From contig OX638150.1 in the NCBI GenBank assembly GCA_951804945.1, forward strand, positions 82,088,001 to 82,152,000: a stretch of DNA of 64,000 nt. Reading direction: 5' to 3'. Numbering within the stretch: position 1 is the stretch's first letter; every line of letters starts with the position of its first letter. The notes below the pieces were generated by a model, which did not search any database, was not told where the DNA came from, and worked only from the letters and a program-made list of their open reading frames with translations. The position numbers and the translations under genes are program-made. Shown in pieces: positions 63,274-64,000 of this stretch. The DNA comes from Podarcis cretensis (Eukaryota).

Positions 63274-64000
63274 GTGTAAATGCATAACATGGATATCCAG
63301 AGGAAAAAACTATTAAACAAATGCATTATATAAATAAGCAACCTGCTTTCAGGAAAATAATCAATAGTAATGATGGTGATGAAATGTATCCAACACTATC
63401 ACTCAAATGATGGTGAAGCAGAATGGGGGGGTCAGCTCTTTGGAGAACTTTTTTTTAAAAAAATTATACTTTACAAGAAAAATTCTTTGCAAAAAGGGGG
63501 CTCCAGTGAGCAGGTAGAATCACCAAATTGCTTCCCTCCTGGTTCTGTTGACAGAAGCTTTTCCATCAGCAATTACTCCTTTGGGAATACCCAAATGACT
63601 TTAGTAAAATCAAAAAGCCATGCAAGCTTGCTATTTGAAACACAAGATGTTTCACAAGCATAAGGAATTCTGGGAGTGGTACTGTTCTGTGAACTATTGC
63701 TCCAATGGCTAATGGAATATATTGTTCAAGAGCTAAGACAAAAGTTCATGCAAGAAGAATAACACTCCTCCTAAATCAGACAGCACACATGTGCTTGTGG
63801 AAGAGGCCAAGCTCACAGATTGGCACCTCTGGATCTAACCAGATGAATTGTTGTAGTTCTTTATCTGAATATCAAAAACATAGCAATGATTAGTCTACTT
63901 AGCAATATTGTAACTAAAACTAAGGGAGGGGAGGAAGAGATGCACAATCTTTTTTAAAAAAGAAACAAAGAAAAGAAAACTGATTTTCAAGGCTACTCCA

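Noticed and set aside
1-64000. Prokaryotic-style novel system (operon, CRISPR, defence island) or autonomous transposase/RT gene
   Set aside because: The window is vertebrate intron-exon DNA; all convincing coding sequence belongs to TKT, DCP1A or decayed LINE ends

Overview
Vertebrate nuclear DNA from a squamate reptile. The Sauria-SINE subfamily and MITE set point to a lacertid lizard (inference). Two intact multi-exon genes lie in tandem on the minus strand. DCP1A (mRNA decapping co-activator): coding exons 3-10 at 63099..41540, a ~4.6 kb 3'UTR ending at AATAAA 36971-36976, and exons 1-2 beyond the right edge. TKT (transketolase): CpG-island promoter at ~33.5-34.9 kb, coding exons 1-13 at 34068..588, and exon 14 beyond the left edge. 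Every exon was placed by GT-AG boundaries and frame continuity; exon numbering follows my recollection of the human genes. Introns are filled with Sauria SINEs, CR1, L2 and L1-type fragments, Tc1/mariner, hAT and Harbinger-like MITEs (several nested), an LTR-like element and microsatellites. I see no new multi-gene system. The best leads are small-scale: a perfect NRF2/sMAF ARE with an AP-1 cluster in TKT intron 4, three miR-92-family sites in the DCP1A 3'UTR, a 48-bp TG...CA insertion with a 4-bp TSD, two long intronic hairpins, a (GTAT)7 array forming the TKT exon 5 donor, and loss of mammalian phosphosites (TKT T382, DCP1A S319).
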